Assembly (NCBI GenBank): GCA_963826715.1
Contig: CAWGYA010000001.1
Location: 1 to 64,000, forward strand
DNA: 64,000 bases
Direction: 5' to 3'
Source of the DNA: Candidatus Bathyarchaeota archaeon
Lineage (GTDB): Archaea; Thermoproteota; Bathyarchaeia; Bathyarchaeales; Bathycorpusculaceae
In this document: positions 60,871-64,000 of the stretch, piece after piece
Position numbering within the stretch: position 1 is the stretch's first letter
Layout: each line of letters opens with the position of its first letter
Made by a program: the position numbers and the translations under genes
The notes under the pieces: generated by a model
What the model saw: the letters and a program-made list of their open reading frames with translations, nothing else
Database searches by the model: none
What the model was told of the DNA's origin: nothing

Positions 60871-63245
60871 TTGAAAGTTGTTTTTTGGCTTTTAGACATT
60901 AACTCTAAAATCGATAAGGACAAGAATACGATTGAGTTGTGGCTGTGGGGAATCAATGAGGCGGGTGAGAGAATATTACTTGTAGAACGCGACTTCACCG
61001 CATACATCTATGCTATCTTGACAGAGAACGCGAATTGCCAAAAAATTTTAGATACTATCTGTAGGATTTATGGCACAGCTATATCTAAGACAGAGGTTGT
61101 CTCCCGTAGATTTTTCGGGAAGCCATACACATCCATCAAGATCAGTTACAAAAATGCAATTTCCCCAGAGAAGATCGCCAAAAAACTTCGTAGCATCGAA
61201 GGCATTAAAGATTGCCTTGAAAATGATATTCGCGCCGCAATGCGCTACCTCATCGATAATGACGTGGTTCCTTGTAGCTGGATTGAAGTCAATGTACTGG
61301 AAGAAAAATTAGCCAAGGGTATAAGGGTTGCCAAAGTTTACACAATCAAATCGCCCCTCAAACAGCTTGAAAGATCTGAAGTGCCGGCACTTAGGATTCT
61401 GAGTTTCAATTTAATTTGTTACAGTCACAATGGCGCGCCCAAAGCTGATCTTGATCCGATCTTGATGATTTCTACTTCCACCAACATCGGGGAAGAACAC
61501 CAATTCATACTGGGCGAAGACAAAAACGATAAAATAATAATCGAAGAATTCATCAATTACATAAAAAGTTTTGATCCAGATGTCATCGCCAGCTATGGTG
61601 CCAACAGTTTAGACTGGGCTTACCTACGAACTCGAAGCCATAAAAATGGCATTAAAATGATTTTTGATCGTATAGGCATCGAGCCTCATAGCAGCTTTTA
61701 TGGGCACGTTTCCGCCACTGGTCTAATCAATTTAGATTTGGCGGATTTTATGGATGTTTTTCCGGAAATCAAAGTACACAATCTCAGAAACTTTGCTGAG
61801 CATTTGGACGTTTTGAAGGAGAGCCGAAGCTTCATTGAAGAGATGGATTTTGCAAATTATTGGGACGACTACGGTAAACGCTACGAGCTTGTTAAGTTTG
61901 GATCTGATAGCGCCTGTAAAGTAAACAGTTTAACAGTTTTACTGTTGGATTTTGCTATGCAACTCTCGATATTAACGAGTCTTCCACTGGATTATGTAAT
62001 GACAGCAGCTCCGGGCTTTCGAATAGAGTGGTATCTTATCAAGCGGGCGATGAAGATAGGTGAGCTTATACCGAAGCGAGTTAATCATCCCTATGTGCCT
62101 TACGCAGGCGGATTAGTTCTCTCACCTAAACCAGGCTTACATGAAAACATCGGAGTCCTAGACTTCAAGTCAATGTACCCTAACATTATGCTAAAGTACA
62201 ACCTTTCGCCTGACTCCTACATTGCACCCAACCAGACCATACCTCCCGGTGGTGTTTACATTGCGCCTGAAGTAGGGCATTGCTTTCGTAAATCCCCTCC
62301 CGGATTCTACAAAGAAGCCCTAACAAATTTAATCAAGGTTCGAAACGTCATACGCCAAAAAATAAATACACTAAATCCACAAACAATTGAATATCACGTT
62401 TTGGAAGCACGACAAAAAGCTGTTAAAATCATGACCAATGCCGCCTACGGATACTCGGGATGGGTTGGTGCAAGATGGTACCTTAAACCCGTAGCTGAAG
62501 CTGCCTCAGCATGGGGGAGACATATCATTACCTTAGCAGCGCAGATGGCGAAGAAAGCGGGCTTAGATGTTATATACGGAGACACAGACAGCCTATTCAT
62601 CCAATTCGATGAAAGCAAAGTGGAAAAGCTGCGGCATGAAATCGAGAGTAAGTTTAAGATGGAAGTAGAAGTTGACGAGACCTATCGACGAATCTTCTTC
62701 ACTGAAGCAAAAAAACGCTATGCAGGTCTACGACAAAATGATACTTTAGACATCGTTGGTTTGGAGGTTATCCGTGGTGATTGGGCAATGGTGGCAAAGC
62801 AGGTTCAAGAAAATGTACTGAAGATTATCCTAAAGGAAAAGTCGCCCAAAAAAGCAGAGGAGTATGTTAATAAAGTGATAACTGTTTGCGTAACAGAAAA
62901 GTTCCTTTGAGTGACTTAATCATCTGGAAAACACTTACTAAGCCTCCTGAGAAATATGCCATCAACACACCTCATGTTGAAGCTGCGAAGATGCTCAGGA
63001 AACGGGGCTGGCGTCTTACAAGTGGTGATAAAGTCGGCTACATTATAGTAGCGGGTAAAGGGAATCTCTTTAACAAAGTAAAACCCTATGTCTTTGCTAA
63101 ACCAGAAGATGTAGATGTAGAATATTACGTTACTAATCAGGTGTTACCTGCTGCTACGAGAATACTTGGTTATTTTAACATAACCAAGAAAGAATTATTG
63201 AAAAAAGAAACTAATGAAATCCGCAACCTAATGGATTACCTTTAG
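60871..63245 (+). CDS. polB: family B DNA polymerase (PolB3-like), one frameshift near 62885
   Basis: DFKSMYP, K...NAAYGY, YGDTDS, KKRYAG; C-terminus (LIIWKTL, YYVTNQ) continues in ORF 62886-63245. Confidence 0.92.
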
Positions 63246-64000
63246 GCTGGGATAGCATTTTGGAACGTAATAAGTTCCACGTTTAACGCAGGTTTTACAG
63301 CTTCTGAAACTCGTGATGCAACAATGCGGCGGATGTTTTTGTCTCCTGCGATGTCTACAATCCGCTGGGTAATGATGCCGTCAAAAACCACGGTATTAAC
63401 CCCAGTCATATGCTGAAGTTTCTCAGCTAACTGGCTAACTGGCAAACGCTCAATTAATTCCAGCTTATCGTTTAAAAGCACACCTTCAAGAGTACCAACC
63501 AAGGCTTTTGCAGCTTGAACGATAGTATCAGGAACTTCGATTTTTGGTCGCTCAGGAACAATGACTTTCTTTTGAACAGGAACAGGTGTTGGAGGCGGCT
63601 GCTGTTTCCCAGATAATTCATTAACTGGGATCCTATTTTCAAGAGCTTCGTTTATTTCTTTGCAGTTACATTCCTCGATTTCTTTTCCGCGTGGAGCGCG
63701 CCCAATGAATTTGACGTTTGTGACTTGCAAAAGTTCCTTCTGAATCAAGTCTCCACCCCTATCCCCATCGAGAAGCGCTGTAGCCATACGTTCTTTGGTA
63801 ATTTTTCGTATAGAATCAGGAACCTTGGCGCCTTCTAGCGCGACAGTGTTGAAGAGTCCACAACGCATCAAGTTGATGACGTCAGCGCGACCTTCGACAA
63901 CGATGATTTCTTTGGCTCCTTCTAAACCAGGTCCTGCGGGCAAGTCTTCAGGTCCATATTTTTCTACTTTACCCACTTTCATAGTATCGCTGATTTCTTT
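63242..64000 (-). CDS. dnaG: archaeal DnaG, C-terminal part (runs off window)
   Basis: TOPRIM VVEGRADV, LDGDRGG, DGIITQR. Confidence 0.93.
   Translation of the reverse strand, partial: KEISDTMKVGKVEKYGPEDLPAGPGLEGAKEIIVVEGRADVINLMRCGLFNTVALEGAKVPDSIRKITKERMATALLDGDRGGDLIQKELLQVTNVKFIGRAPRGKEIEECNCKEINEALENRIPVNELSGKQQPPPTPVPVQKKVIVPERPKIEVPDTIVQAAKALVGTLEGVLLNDKLELIERLPVSQLAEKLQHMTGVNTVVFDGIITQRIVDIAGDKNIRRIVASRVSEAVKPALNVELITFQNAIPA

Noticed and set aside
62860-62910. Naturally split or programmed-frameshift PolB
   Set aside because: Break lies in the thumb region with no slippery site or RBS; adding one base restores a normal protein
1-64000. CRISPR array or cas genes
   Set aside because: No regularly spaced direct repeats or cas-like ORFs seen

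Overview
Archaeal chromosomal segment, most consistent with Bathyarchaeia (TACK). This assignment is inferred from TBP, TFS, a Cren7-like protein, ESCRT-III, a PolB3-type polymerase, DnaG, methanofuran genes and a complex-I-like group 4 [NiFe] hydrogenase. Most of the window is housekeeping and metabolism: an mfnB-A-D-F-E operon, pelota, H+-PPase, proBA, a 10-gene A-B-CD-H-I-J-K-L-M-N hydrogenase operon, ABC transporters, aIF1A-Rio1-KH, pyrH, polB, dnaG and three tRNAs (Phe-GAA, Val-CAC, Gly-GCC). Two unusual elements stand out. (1) A decaying ~3.5 kb tyrosine-recombinase island (3758-7268) lies on the 5' side of tRNA-Phe. It ends at a degenerate copy of the tRNA 5' end that has its own BRE/TATA. 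It carries a broken TIR gene and small genes separated by two related palindromic repeats. (2) A promoter-bearing ~125 nt RNA (55720-55844) has a terminal stem and a tandem series of C/D-like boxes. Several single-base frameshifts in otherwise intact genes (polB, mfnF, integrase) may be assembly errors. All calls come from reading the sequence; no database searches were run.
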